Shown here: in pieces, positions 36,401 to 45,998 of the stretch
Layout: each line of letters begins with the position of its first letter
How positions within the stretch are numbered: position 1 is the first letter of the stretch
Source: a virus
Virus record (IMG/VR): IMGVR_UViG_3300021339_000001
Location: 1-62,677 of that record
Strand: one strand, 5' to 3'
Length of the DNA: 62,677 bases
Notes under the pieces: model-generated
Told to the model about the DNA's origin: nothing
What the model saw: the letters and a program-made list of their open reading frames with translations, nothing else
Databases searched by the model: none
Position numbers and translations under genes: made by a program

Positions 36401-38283
36401 ACGTCCTCTTCGTACGGCGTCAATACGTCGATGTCGATAGGTGTTACGGTCAGATCGACGCTATGGTGTTGCGTGTAGAACTCGTGGATATCCTCTCCAG
36501 ACAGTAGCTTAGCAAGCGTATCCTTGTCTCGCATTATCTCCTGAAGACGATCAGCTTTCTGTCCTAAGACAACTCGTTGACCTTCTTCGATCGTGCCGGA
36601 AGAGATCAAGTCAATGATCGTCACCGAATCGTGGATCTCGCTGCCAATTCGATGAATGCGATCTTCAGCCTGCGCGTTCTGAACAGCCGACCACGAACGC
36701 TGTAAGAACACCAACGCCGACGCGCGAGTCAAGGTGACGCCTTCGCCGCCAGCCGAGATGGTGCACAACATAATGGGAAGCTGACCGGCTTGAAATCGCT
36801 CGATCATATTCTCACGCTCGTATGGCTTCTGACCGCCTACGATGAGACCGTATGGAATCTTAGCCGCAGCTAACCGCTTCTCGGCTAAGGCGATCAACTG
36901 ACGTGCTTGCGCGAACACGACCAGAGATCGAGTTCCGATCTCCTCGATGATCTCCATCAAGGCGTCGATCTTATTCGACGGGTCGGCGAGAATGGTTCGA
37001 CCGGTTACGGGATCAACCGTCGCGCTCGAGCTGGCAAACTGCGTCATACGCGTTGCCTGTACGAGTGGATTGGCCGCCATGACGACGCCCTGTCCGCCGC
37101 CGGATGTGTCGACGATCGCGAGCAAACCTTTCTTCATCTGCGCGTAGGCGGTAGCTTGCTTAGCGTGCATCTCGACGTATCGAGTGTCGTAGACCTTAGG
37201 CGGCAAGAACGGTAGCACAGCCTCCTTAGGCATGCGCCGCATTCGTGGGTCAAGGATCTTGAAGAACTCATCTTTCGTCAACGGATTTAGGCTGACGATC
37301 TCAGCCGTTCCAAACAGATTGTATGAGGCAATGCAGTAACGGCCAACGTAGTCGCCGCGTGACGGCCACTCGTCTCGAGAGATGAGATGCATGGCTGGCC
37401 ACATGTCGCTTGGCGCATCAGCGACCGAGGTACCGGTCGCGCCGTAGACGTAGCGAGTTTGTGCGCGACGCAACGACCAAACGGCGCGGGTTTGCTTAGC
37501 CTTGGGATCTTTCATACGATGCGCCTCGTCTGCGATTACCGTTACCCAAGGGATCTGGTTGAGCTCCTTGTCGCACCACTCGCATCGTGATTGCGCGTTC
37601 TCCCTTGACTCCGGTAGTTGCGGGTCACACACGTGACATCGACGTAACCGAATACTCCCGTACGGTGCCAACCTCGAGTGCGCACGTACGCCCTCCCAGT
37701 TGACGACGTACACGTGATGTGGTGCAGCGATGATCGCGCGTCGTTTGGCCGCACTACCTGTGATGATCCCGATGCTTAATCCGGGAAACCACTTCTCAAA
37801 CTCTTTGCCCCACTTGATGATCATGTTGTTTGGGGCGACGACGATCGCGGGGAAGGGATTCTCACCTTGTCGAACAAGTTCGACCAGTGTGCGAATGATC
37901 TGGACGGTCTTACCCGTACCCATGTCGTCGCAGAGAATGGCACGTTGCGCGATCGATAAGAACTTGACTCCCGCACGTTGATACGGGTAGAGATCAGGAT
38001 CACCGGGCGCGTCCCACGCCTGACGTAGTTGAAGACCAGGCACGATGCGATTTTCATGCTCAGCGATCGACCAGTCAGCCAGGCTAGGTCCTACGTCCAG
38101 TCGGTCGCCAAACACACCGCGAAGCTGTTGACATGCGGCCCACGTCAGCGGCATGAACCACCGGTGGAGACTCGAGTCGTACGTCGAACCGGGCAGCGTT
38201 CGGAGCAACTCCTTATCACGAAAAGGCTCGGAGCTGACGACGAGCAACCGCTCGTCGTCAAAGACGTCAACCGCAACCGTCAC
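36397..38283 (-). CDS. SNF2-family helicase
   Basis: Motifs DDMGTGKT and DEAHRMK, plus C-terminal helicase motifs (QAEDRIHRIGS). Confidence 0.85.
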   Translation of the reverse strand: MTVAVDVFDDERLLVVSSEPFRDKELLRTLPGSTYDSSLHRWFMPLTWAACQQLRGVFGDRLDVGPSLADWSIAEHENRIVPGLQLRQAWDAPGDPDLYPYQRAGVKFLSIAQRAILCDDMGTGKTVQIIRTLVELVRQGENPFPAIVVAPNNMIIKWGKEFEKWFPGLSIGIITGSAAKRRAIIAAPHHVYVVNWEGVRAHSRLAPYGSIRLRRCHVCDPQLPESRENAQSRCEWCDKELNQIPWVTVIADEAHRMKDPKAKQTRAVWSLRRAQTRYVYGATGTSVADAPSDMWPAMHLISRDEWPSRGDYVGRYCIASYNLFGTAEIVSLNPLTKDEFFKILDPRMRRMPKEAVLPFLPPKVYDTRYVEMHAKQATAYAQMKKGLLAIVDTSGGGQGVVMAANPLVQATRMTQFASSSATVDPVTGRTILADPSNKIDALMEIIEEIGTRSLVVFAQARQLIALAEKRLAAAKIPYGLIVGGQKPYERENMIERFQAGQLPIMLCTISAGGEGVTLTRASALVFLQRSWSAVQNAQAEDRIHRIGSEIHDSVTIIDLISSGTIEEGQRVVLGQKADRLQEIMRDKDTLAKLLSGEDIHEFYTQHHSVDLTVTPIDIDVLTPYEEDV

Positions 38284-38332
38284 GTGTGTTTGTCCCTTCG
38301 ACGCGTCGTGTTAGCGATCGTATATCGATGGA

Positions 38333-38806
38333 TTACGTGAGTGCGAGTTCCATCATCGTCTCGACGTCAAGCCAGCCTCGACGCGCCATACCTGAGAGCA
38401 AGTGTCGCGCCGCGTCGTTCGCGTGCACCTTACCGCGCTTGTGCCAACCAAGCAACTTCAGTCGATCGTCGGTGCCAAGCAACTTACCCTCAGCTTGAGC
38501 CTGCATATGCAGTTCCGAGTTCGAATACACCGACGCGAAGTAGCGCAACACGCCGATCATCTCGAGCGACCACGGTGCCTGTGTGTTCTTAGCTGTGTTC
38601 ACCGTAATGATGAATCGCTCGGCGATCCACATGACACCAGAACCAGCACCGCAGATGCTGTGACACTTGGCGTAGGCGTCAGAGTAGTCACCTTGATCCG
38701 AGTCAAACTCGTTCGTGCTGACGTTCCACGTTGCCCAGCCGGTCGTCAAACCAGGGTCCCACGCGGTGACCAACAGAATGTGTGCAGGAACGTTTGACAC
38801 TCTCAT
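38333..38806 (-). CDS. RuvC-like Holliday junction resolvase
   Basis: N-terminal LLVTAWDPGLTTGWA. Size and position next to the polymerase fit. Confidence 0.6.
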   Translation of the reverse strand: MRVSNVPAHILLVTAWDPGLTTGWATWNVSTNEFDSDQGDYSDAYAKCHSICGAGSGVMWIAERFIITVNTAKNTQAPWSLEMIGVLRYFASVYSNSELHMQAQAEGKLLGTDDRLKLLGWHKRGKVHANDAARHLLSGMARRGWLDVETMMELALT

Positions 38807-38821
38807 GCGTCTGTCCTTTCG

Positions 38822-40660
38822 TCAGCGGTACTTGTCACCCCAGTTGTTCGTCAAGACGTCAGCCGACCACGTGATAGGCACCGCGTAGTTATCACGATCC
38901 GTGCACGTTTCAACGATCAATCGTGCGACCTCTTCGGCGTCTTCGATCGGAACGTCAGCCACGATCTCATCGTGCACCGGCAAGATCATGATACCCGGAC
39001 CAAGAACGGAATCACAGGCGATCAAGTTTTGCTTCAAGATCTCAGCGGCGTGCGACTGAATCTTGTAGTTGACGAGCGTATAGGGCTTGCCGGGCTCACA
39101 CGGCATGTACCGACCAAGAGGTGTGTAGATGAACGGCGGCAAGTTGTGTCGAGCCCCGTTCATGATGCCCTCAGATTCGATGTCGCGCTGCATCTGAAGA
39201 ATGCCGGGGTACGTCGCGTCGAACGCGTCGACGACCATCTTCATGATCTCAAAGCCCACACCCGCGGTGGTCGCCATCTTGCCGACACCAGCACCGAACA
39301 GCTTACCGTAGGTAGCGTTCTTCATAAGCTGCCGACGCGCATCCTTCTTGTCGATCGGAGTCTGGAACGCCTGAGCCGCGAGTCCACAGAAGAAGTCACC
39401 GCCCTGCTCGTCCGCATGTCGGAACGTACGGATCATGCCTTCATCACGTGAGAAGTGCGTCGCGAGGCGTGCTTCGATCTGATCTGCGTCGCACGTAACG
39501 AGCGCGTGATTCTCGCTTGGGATGAAACCGGTGCGGACCGTTGGGTCCTTACGCGGCAACGTTTGGAGAGCAGGATCGGTCATCGACATACGAGATGTTC
39601 GTGTTCCGCACGTCCAGATCGACGGATGGAGCCTGTGGTTGGCGTCCATCATCTCGAGGAAGTTGTCGAAGTAGGGACCGACCGTTTTCTCGAACTTACG
39701 AATCTTCAACAACACGCGACCGATATCGTGGTCGATCGACCCGAGAACTTCCTTGTCGAGTGATCGCGCGCCACCTTGCGTGTATTTTTCTTGATAGGGG
39801 ATCTCATGCGCGTTCAGAACCGCGATGACCTGCTGACTGCTGTTCGCGTTCTGGATTCCGTACGCGTCACGAAGCCACATCTTGGCGTCGCCGACCCACG
39901 CGTTAAGTTCACTACGCTTTCGAACGCAGTACGCGGGATCGATGCGCGCGCCGCGTCGTTCCATGTTGAAGACGGCCTGAAGCGCACCCATCTCGAGCTG
40001 ATAAGTAGCGGCGAACGAGTTCAGAACTGGTGCGTGAAATCGTTCGTAGAGGTGACACGTCAACACCGGATCAAGTGCCGCGTAGATCCAGTAGGCGGGG
40101 ACGTCGATCGGTACGGTGTCGAACGTCCAACGGTTGGTCTTCATGGCGTCGTCGAGCAGACGTTGCGCGGCCGACGCCTTGGGGTCGATCAGCATCGACG
40201 ACAGCGGCTTGAGACCCTTGAGTCGCTGCGGGTCGAGTAGATGTGCCATGGTCATAGTGTCGTGACTGCGGTCCCACGGCCACTTGAACCCAGTGAAGTG
40301 GTTGGTGATGAATCGTGCGTCGAACTTCAAGTTGTGTAACACGATCTCACCACGATACTTGGTGAGAACCTCGCGGGCCAGTCCGCCCCAACCGTCCCAC
40401 GGTAACGCCCAGCCGGTCGACAGGTCACCGAATTGGATCATACGAAGTCGATGCTGCTCAGGTCTAAGTCCTCCGGTCTCGGTGTCAACACCGAGAACAC
40501 GACGGTGCTCGCCGAGCCAGCGCATGAACTCGTTCGCGTCGTCTAGTGTCGTGATGAGATGAAGCTGAACGTCGGCGAGTGGACTCGTGGCAGGTGCTCG
40601 ATCGCCTGCCTTGACAAGTTCGGTCACCAGGCGTCGATGATCCAGAGAAAGATCGTCCAA
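38822..40660 (-). CDS. DNA polymerase I (family A) with 3'-5' exonuclease domain
   Basis: Exo motif VDTETGGL, motif B RRQLMKNATYGKLFG, motif C LPVHDEIV. Confidence 0.9.
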   Translation of the reverse strand: MDDLSLDHRRLVTELVKAGDRAPATSPLADVQLHLITTLDDANEFMRWLGEHRRVLGVDTETGGLRPEQHRLRMIQFGDLSTGWALPWDGWGGLAREVLTKYRGEIVLHNLKFDARFITNHFTGFKWPWDRSHDTMTMAHLLDPQRLKGLKPLSSMLIDPKASAAQRLLDDAMKTNRWTFDTVPIDVPAYWIYAALDPVLTCHLYERFHAPVLNSFAATYQLEMGALQAVFNMERRGARIDPAYCVRKRSELNAWVGDAKMWLRDAYGIQNANSSQQVIAVLNAHEIPYQEKYTQGGARSLDKEVLGSIDHDIGRVLLKIRKFEKTVGPYFDNFLEMMDANHRLHPSIWTCGTRTSRMSMTDPALQTLPRKDPTVRTGFIPSENHALVTCDADQIEARLATHFSRDEGMIRTFRHADEQGGDFFCGLAAQAFQTPIDKKDARRQLMKNATYGKLFGAGVGKMATTAGVGFEIMKMVVDAFDATYPGILQMQRDIESEGIMNGARHNLPPFIYTPLGRYMPCEPGKPYTLVNYKIQSHAAEILKQNLIACDSVLGPGIMILPVHDEIVADVPIEDAEEVARLIVETCTDRDNYAVPITWSADVLTNNWGDKYR

Positions 40661-40713
40661 AAGCCTGCGGCGATCAACATCATGAACATAACCACGAGTC
40701 CAATGCCGATCAC
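40624..40713 (-). CDS. Possible 29-aa membrane peptide overlapping the polymerase start
   Basis: Hand translation VIGIGLVVMFMMLIAAGFWTIFLWIIDAW. Speculative. Confidence 0.25.
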   Translation of the reverse strand: MIGIGLVVMFMMLIAAGFWTIFLWIIDAW

Positions 40714-40730
40714 CTTACCGATCGCGTCAG

Positions 40731-41315
40731 CTACTTGGTCTCGCTTACGGAGTTCAGGTTGTCCGGCGGATTCATCGTGTTGAATCGGTTCCACCTATAC
40801 TCCTCATAGTGATAGCGGGGCCACGACCCATCGTAGTCATTCATAGCATGGGCAACGGTAACACGCACACCGCTGTCGTTGAGGATCGTCCGACCTTCTT
40901 CAGGTCGAAGATGCGTCTCGTTCGGCGAGATCAACATCACAACGCGTGCGACACCAGAGTTCGCGGCTAGCTTAGCGCAGGTCAGACAGCACGACGTCGT
41001 GGTGTACAGCGTGCCGCCGACGTAGTCTCGTCGATCGGCGAATAGCATGGCGTTGGCCTCGGCGTGGATCGCGACGCAGTTATCGTGATCAGCCCTCAGC
41101 TCCTGCGTACGCCCGCGTTGGCAGAACGACGCGCAACCGGGCAACAACACCGAGACAGATGCGACCAGACCGGCCGGCGGGCCGTTGTAGCCCGTCGCTA
41201 CCGGTCGTTGACTGGCGTCGACGATCACGGCGCCTACCTGTCGGTTGGTGCAGCGCGAACGCAGCGCGATCGACGACGCGATGCTCAGCCAGGTGTCATC
41301 CCACGAAGGTCTCAT
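40731..41315 (-). CDS. dCMP deaminase
   Basis: Zinc motifs HAEANA and CCLTCAKL. Confidence 0.85.
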   Translation of the reverse strand: MRPSWDDTWLSIASSIALRSRCTNRQVGAVIVDASQRPVATGYNGPPAGLVASVSVLLPGCASFCQRGRTQELRADHDNCVAIHAEANAMLFADRRDYVGGTLYTTTSCCLTCAKLAANSGVARVVMLISPNETHLRPEEGRTILNDSGVRVTVAHAMNDYDGSWPRYHYEEYRWNRFNTMNPPDNLNSVSETK

Positions 41316-41464
41316 CCGAGTAACTCGTCGTTCATGATCTCGTCCACCAACTCCTGTTGCTCCGCTTTGGTTAAATACTTAGGCCAGATACATGGGTTCT
41401 GACAACTGTGCGGATACGTCACGCACTCTTTATGACACCCACATTCATCGCGTTTATCTTTCAC
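41312..41464 (-). CDS. Cys-rich small protein (50 aa)
   Basis: Hand translation VKDKRDECGCHKECVTYPHSCQNPCIWPKY.... GTGA overlap with the hydroxymethylase-like stop and ATGA overlap with the deaminase start. Confidence 0.5.
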   Translation of the reverse strand: MKDKRDECGCHKECVTYPHSCQNPCIWPKYLTKAEQQELVDEIMNDELLG

Positions 41465-42327
41465 GGATTAACCCACTCGCTGAGAAGTCCGTCGAAGTCG
41501 GGGACGACGACTTTCATAAGCTTTGGATTGTACGTAAGCTCGTGCGCACGATTCATGATCATGGTCCACCGCATACGCGGTGGAGTAGTTAACTGTCTAC
41601 GTATATCCGCACCAAGTCCGTTATTTGGCACGATCGGATAGTCGATTCGCGTCACGAAATCAGAGTTGACTCGCATAGCTGCTTCGACATCCTTGTCGTA
41701 CAGATGCAACGAGTCGACGACGTGCGTGTACTCACCCTGTTCGACGTTGAGCGCGTTTGCCATGCTGGCGTGCAACGTGGTGAACTGAAACGAGTCATAC
41801 GGCCAACCCATGTGTAGGTCGTTGCTCCGCATATGTGTCGTCATGTGGAGATGATAACGACGAAGATGCCACGACAGGTACACCGTGCACGGGTAGTCGT
41901 TTGCGTCGTCGTGAAACAGGTCCCACGACGGATCCCAGATCGTCGCGACGGCACGTCGTGTCTGGGGCGATTCGTCGAGACGAGTGATCACACGTGGGAT
42001 CTGCGCGCGAAGTCGTGGACCATACGCACCGTGGAACGTGCCGCCGTCCATGTAGGGACGTGTTGCTGGCGACAACGACTGCATTCGCGTCGGATCACTG
42101 AAGCCGCCTACGAGTTGAAGTGCCTCGATCGCGGCAAGCTTGACGTTCAACGACCGGCCTACGCCGACCATAAGCGAGTGCTGTGGATCGCTCAAGATGG
42201 TAGTGACGTTGCGCAGTTCGTACGTGCTCATACCGCGAGGCGAAACCTTCTCACCCTGCGTCAGAAGAAGCGACCGAAGTTTCTCGTACGCGTCGGCGGC
42301 TGTCGTCGCTTCGACCAGGTGTGCCAT
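41461..42327 (-). CDS. ThyA-fold deoxynucleotide C5-modifying enzyme with dCMP-hydroxymethylase signature
   Basis: ORF trimmed to MAHLVEA (gagagga RBS). Motifs SPRG, QTRRAVATIWDP, catalytic YPCT, and MRSNDLHMGWPYD with Asp at the ThyA-Asn177 / T4 gp42-Asp179 position. Confidence 0.7.
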   Translation of the reverse strand: MAHLVEATTAADAYEKLRSLLLTQGEKVSPRGMSTYELRNVTTILSDPQHSLMVGVGRSLNVKLAAIEALQLVGGFSDPTRMQSLSPATRPYMDGGTFHGAYGPRLRAQIPRVITRLDESPQTRRAVATIWDPSWDLFHDDANDYPCTVYLSWHLRRYHLHMTTHMRSNDLHMGWPYDSFQFTTLHASMANALNVEQGEYTHVVDSLHLYDKDVEAAMRVNSDFVTRIDYPIVPNNGLGADIRRQLTTPPRMRWTMIMNRAHELTYNPKLMKVVVPDFDGLLSEWVNP

Positions 42328-43207
42328 ATGCGATCCTCTCGGCGTACTCAATGCCCCTGTGGTGGGCAAATCGCCGAACCCACTGCGGGTGCGGTACGTG
42401 GTGATAAGGAATGTGGTTATCTCGTACGACACGCAGCGCCGACTGCCCCATGGCAACGACACGTGGTTTCCCTAACGCTCTCCACAGAGCACGGAGGTTG
42501 ATCTCCTCCAACGCGTTCGCGAGTCCGTAGTTGGTCGCCTGGATCGCCTCCAGACGATCCAGTAAGAACTCGCCGCTGGTGCCCCCGAAGGGCACGAACG
42601 CACTGGGGAAGTTCGCGTTGTTACGCCGTTCACCGAGCAACAGCAACTCAGGTTGTGTCGGACCGACGTACGTGGGCCACTCAGCGCTCAGATCTTTGAC
42701 CGCGTCGGCGCGACGTCGGGCGGCGTTGATCATCTTAGGGACGGTCTCAGACGTGACGGTGTCCACGAACGAGTAGCGTTCCGCGGCGCAGTGGAACCGG
42801 TAAAACCGCCACACCTGTTCGACGTGTGTTGGGTGAAGAAGGTCGTCACCGCGATCCCAGAGTCGCTTGCGGACGATGTGCAACGGCGTGTCCATAACGA
42901 CGCGTAACGCACCACGCGATCGAAGAAAGAGTTCCACGTGTCGATTCATCGCGGGAGTGAGTTTACTGAGTCCGCGGTAGAGTGGGCCGTACACAAGTTC
43001 GCCGACGTGCCAGCGATCGCAGATGATGTGGTGTCCGTTGTCTGGGTGATAACTGAGAAGTCGTGCCTCATATTCGACCAACGGATGATCGACCAGTGGA
43101 CCACTCGAGATGACCTGCACCGATCCCTGGCCGGTTAGCGCGTCGACGAGGGCGCGGATAAGTGTTGACTTACCCGCGCCGTCGATACCCTCAACGACGA
43201 TCAGCAT
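42251..43207 (-). CDS. Thymidylate-kinase-like P-loop dNMP kinase fused to a UDG-superfamily-like domain
   Basis: N-terminal VVEGIDGAGKST and ICDRWHVGELVY. C-terminal LLLGERRNN...FVPFGGTSGEFL and VPHPQW resemble the UDG family-4 GExPG...HPS motifs, with substitutions. Confidence 0.6.
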   Translation of the reverse strand: MLIVVEGIDGAGKSTLIRALVDALTGQGSVQVISSGPLVDHPLVEYEARLLSYHPDNGHHIICDRWHVGELVYGPLYRGLSKLTPAMNRHVELFLRSRGALRVVMDTPLHIVRKRLWDRGDDLLHPTHVEQVWRFYRFHCAAERYSFVDTVTSETVPKMINAARRRADAVKDLSAEWPTYVGPTQPELLLLGERRNNANFPSAFVPFGGTSGEFLLDRLEAIQATNYGLANALEEINLRALWRALGKPRVVAMGQSALRVVRDNHIPYHHVPHPQWVRRFAHHRGIEYAERIAYGTPGRSDDSRRRVRETSVASSDAG

Positions 43208-43658
43208 CGTTGTGATCTTCGATCTGCACCTCGAGAAGGAGTTCGCCGAACGCGGTGTGCCGAACGCGCGTCTGGTGGAACCCGTGCGCCACGATCGTCG
43301 ATTGAACGAGGTTGCTCCACCACTGATATGCGGTGGTCAACATGATCGCGGGTGTCGGACTGAACGCCGCGATCTGCGTCCACTGATGTTCCATCTCGAC
43401 GGTCTTGGTTTCGTCCCAGTATGCGCCCGCGGATGGCGCGGCGTGGTCGTAGAACATGGCACCATCGAGAATGCGATCGTGTCCCATCTCGAGTTCACAG
43501 AAGTGTGTAAGCGGGTTCTCTGGGTCGGCTGACATACACCGATTACCGCGCTCACCTGTTTCATGAATGTAAGGTGGTACCCGTGCGGCGTCGAGTTCGT
43601 CACTGAACTCGTCGGGCTGCGTTGTCTCCATCGTCATTTCGTCACCTTCTTGGATCAT
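43191..43658 (-). CDS. Hypothetical protein
   Basis: ATGA coupling to the upstream stop. Confidence 0.6.
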   Translation of the reverse strand: MIQEGDEMTMETTQPDEFSDELDAARVPPYIHETGERGNRCMSADPENPLTHFCELEMGHDRILDGAMFYDHAAPSAGAYWDETKTVEMEHQWTQIAAFSPTPAIMLTTAYQWWSNLVQSTIVAHGFHQTRVRHTAFGELLLEVQIEDHNDADRR

Positions 43659-44260
43659 TCGTCGTCGGCGTCGGGTCCTGGAATGTGAACGATCTGCGCC
43701 TGCTCGGCACCGGCGACCGTGGTGATCAACATGGGAATGAAGTAGGCGAGATCCGTGGGATCTGTGATGCTGTCGATGAACGCGTCGTACGTGGCGTCAC
43801 ACTCAGCGTGTTCGTGGTTCAACGCGTGCGTCACGCACTTCATCGCAGTGTCACGGATGTGATCGGGTACAGCGGCGTTGGCGTCGTAGTTGGCCAGAAC
43901 GAGGAGGGTGTCGGGTGCCATGTTTCCTCGTTCGATCATCATGTTGCCGATCATACAGCATCGGCTGAACCCGGCGCATACGAACGCGGTGTACCGTTCG
44001 GAGATCTCGTCGATGCCGAGTTCCTGTCCGCCTTTGGAGACGTAGGCGTCGAACGTATGCTGTGCCAACGGTGCGATGTTCTGCTGAACGCCGATGATGC
44101 ACATGTGCATCGCAGTGGTGGCCTCCTGCGAAAGTGCGGTCAGACGTTGCCGTTCGTCGGGAGTGAGATGCGCGAACGGCTCCGGCAGTTCGAGTGCTTG
44201 GCCATCGTCGCCGATCTTCTGGTCGATCGAGTGGAGGAGACGACTCAGTTCGTCGTCCAT
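43655..44260 (-). CDS. Hypothetical protein
   Basis: ORF trimmed to MDDELSRLL, TGATG-coupled to the stop of 44260..44556. Confidence 0.6.
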   Translation of the reverse strand: MDDELSRLLHSIDQKIGDDGQALELPEPFAHLTPDERQRLTALSQEATTAMHMCIIGVQQNIAPLAQHTFDAYVSKGGQELGIDEISERYTAFVCAGFSRCCMIGNMMIERGNMAPDTLLVLANYDANAAVPDHIRDTAMKCVTHALNHEHAECDATYDAFIDSITDPTDLAYFIPMLITTVAGAEQAQIVHIPGPDADDE

Positions 44261-44556
44261 CACACGTTGTCCGTCTGACTGGGCGCGTCCAGCGTCAACG
44301 TGACGCCGGGGTAGCGCGTCACCAACGCGTTGTGCGCGGCGTTCTGCGCCTGACTCAGCGCTCGCAGGATCGCCTCCAGGATCGTCGAGTCGTCGGCGTC
44401 GTCGGACAACGGTGTCGACTCGGTGACGTTCGTACCCCAGTGCTGATTCCACCCCCTGTCGGTGGAGATCGAGATGTTCACGTAGGCGTTGGCGTCGACT
44501 CGTTCACGCGTGGGTGCGGGTGGTTGCGGTTGCGCCATGTTCGTCTCGCCACTCAT
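44260..44556 (-). CDS. Hypothetical protein
   Basis: ORF track. Confidence 0.55.
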   Translation of the reverse strand: MSGETNMAQPQPPAPTRERVDANAYVNISISTDRGWNQHWGTNVTESTPLSDDADDSTILEAILRALSQAQNAAHNALVTRYPGVTLTLDAPSQTDNV

Positions 44557-44577
44557 GTTGTGCGTCCTTTCGTCAGT

Positions 44578-45084
44578 TCAGTTCACGTATTCGACCTGCG
44601 CCGCGGTGCGCAGGTCGACATCTTGCTGGATGGCCGTCGCGAGTGCGTCACGTGCCACCTTGATGAGGTACCGCGTGCCGTTCTCGTCGCGCCGGTACAA
44701 CGTGGCGATGGCACCGGACGCGGTGTCGGCGATGTGCGTCGAGTGGATGTCACGCTCCAAGCGAATGATACCGGATTCGCCTAGATCGGTCAGTGCGACG
44801 TCGGCGTCAGGCCAGCATAGGGGGCAGCCGACCAACTCGGCGTGCCGCGGGTCGCGCATTGCCTCGCTGATCGCGGTTTCGGCTCCACGAGTGCACGGTC
44901 CGTCGACGCGATGGAACACCACCGATCGACCGATCTTGGTCGTGAGATACGTGCCGGACTCGGTGCGGTAGATCGCGACCTCCGTCCAACGCAGCGCGTC
45001 GCCGTCGTCGCTTGTCGCTCGTCCGAGCTCCACGCCTATGAATTGGATCCTGCGATCACCGTCGATCAACTCGTGTTCAGGCAT
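44578..45084 (-). CDS. Hypothetical protein
   Basis: ORF trimmed to MPEHEL (ggag RBS). Confidence 0.55.
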   Translation of the reverse strand: MPEHELIDGDRRIQFIGVELGRATSDDGDALRWTEVAIYRTESGTYLTTKIGRSVVFHRVDGPCTRGAETAISEAMRDPRHAELVGCPLCWPDADVALTDLGESGIIRLERDIHSTHIADTASGAIATLYRRDENGTRYLIKVARDALATAIQQDVDLRTAAQVEYVN

Positions 45085-45121
45085 GGTCGCTCCGTCTCTG
45101 GTCGTTCGATCGATCACCAGT

Positions 45122-45955
45122 CTAGTTGACGACGCGAGGAAACTGCTCGCTTTCCTTGAGCACGAGAGTCTGGATCTCGCGATCAGAGACGTACGCGTTC
45201 CACGCCTTGATGATCAACCCGAGCTGGTGAAGACGGGCGTTGCTACGACGTCGGTTCTGGCCGAGGCCGATGCGAAGAACGTGTCGCCGAGGGTCGTGGA
45301 TGCTGAGACCGGCGCCACTCTCGACGCCACTCCAGAAGTCCATCCAGCGCTGACTACCGCGCGTGAGGTAGATCGCCGCGCAGACGACCGACTGGGCTAG
45401 CTGGCACTGCTTGCCGACGCGCATCGCCTGCGCGACGTAGTCACCAAGGTCGGGACGCTTCTCCAGCTCGTGAAGGACGGTGAGGTTCGTCATGCCGCCG
45501 CGAACGGCACGTGCCGTCTTGCCCGCGATTCGGTCTTCATACTGCACGATCATGCGAACGGCGGCGGTGATCGCGATGCTGTTCTCGCCGCCCGTCATGG
45601 TTAGGTAGTCGTTGATCGACCTGGGTCGTCCGGCGTCGATTGTCGGCACCATGTCCAACGGGACGTTGTATGCCACGGTGAACTCGATCGTGCAGCCCGA
45701 TGCGATCACCGCGTACAGGCGATGCTGTCCGTCGACGAGCTTGCCGTCGGGCGACATCTTGATGGTCTCGCCGTTGTTGACCCACCCGCCGGACAGCATG
45801 TCTTCGGTGTACGCCGTGACGCGCGCCTTGTTCACCCGACGATTCGCGATCATGTTCTCGAGCATGTACGTCGCGAGCTGCGGGTCGATCTTCTCGTTCC
45901 TAGTTTCCACCTCAGGCAGCAACTCCACCTTGGGTGACTTGGCTCTCGTTACCAT
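45122..45955 (-). CDS. ParB-like nuclease-domain protein
   Basis: KLVDGQHRLYAV motif. Trimmed to MVTRAK because the longer start lies upstream of the predicted TSS. Confidence 0.65.
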   Translation of the reverse strand: MVTRAKSPKVELLPEVETRNEKIDPQLATYMLENMIANRRVNKARVTAYTEDMLSGGWVNNGETIKMSPDGKLVDGQHRLYAVIASGCTIEFTVAYNVPLDMVPTIDAGRPRSINDYLTMTGGENSIAITAAVRMIVQYEDRIAGKTARAVRGGMTNLTVLHELEKRPDLGDYVAQAMRVGKQCQLAQSVVCAAIYLTRGSQRWMDFWSGVESGAGLSIHDPRRHVLRIGLGQNRRRSNARLHQLGLIIKAWNAYVSDREIQTLVLKESEQFPRVVN

Positions 45956-45998
45956 GTCATGTCCGTTCGTCGTAGTCAGTAGGCAGTTATGTCGATCG

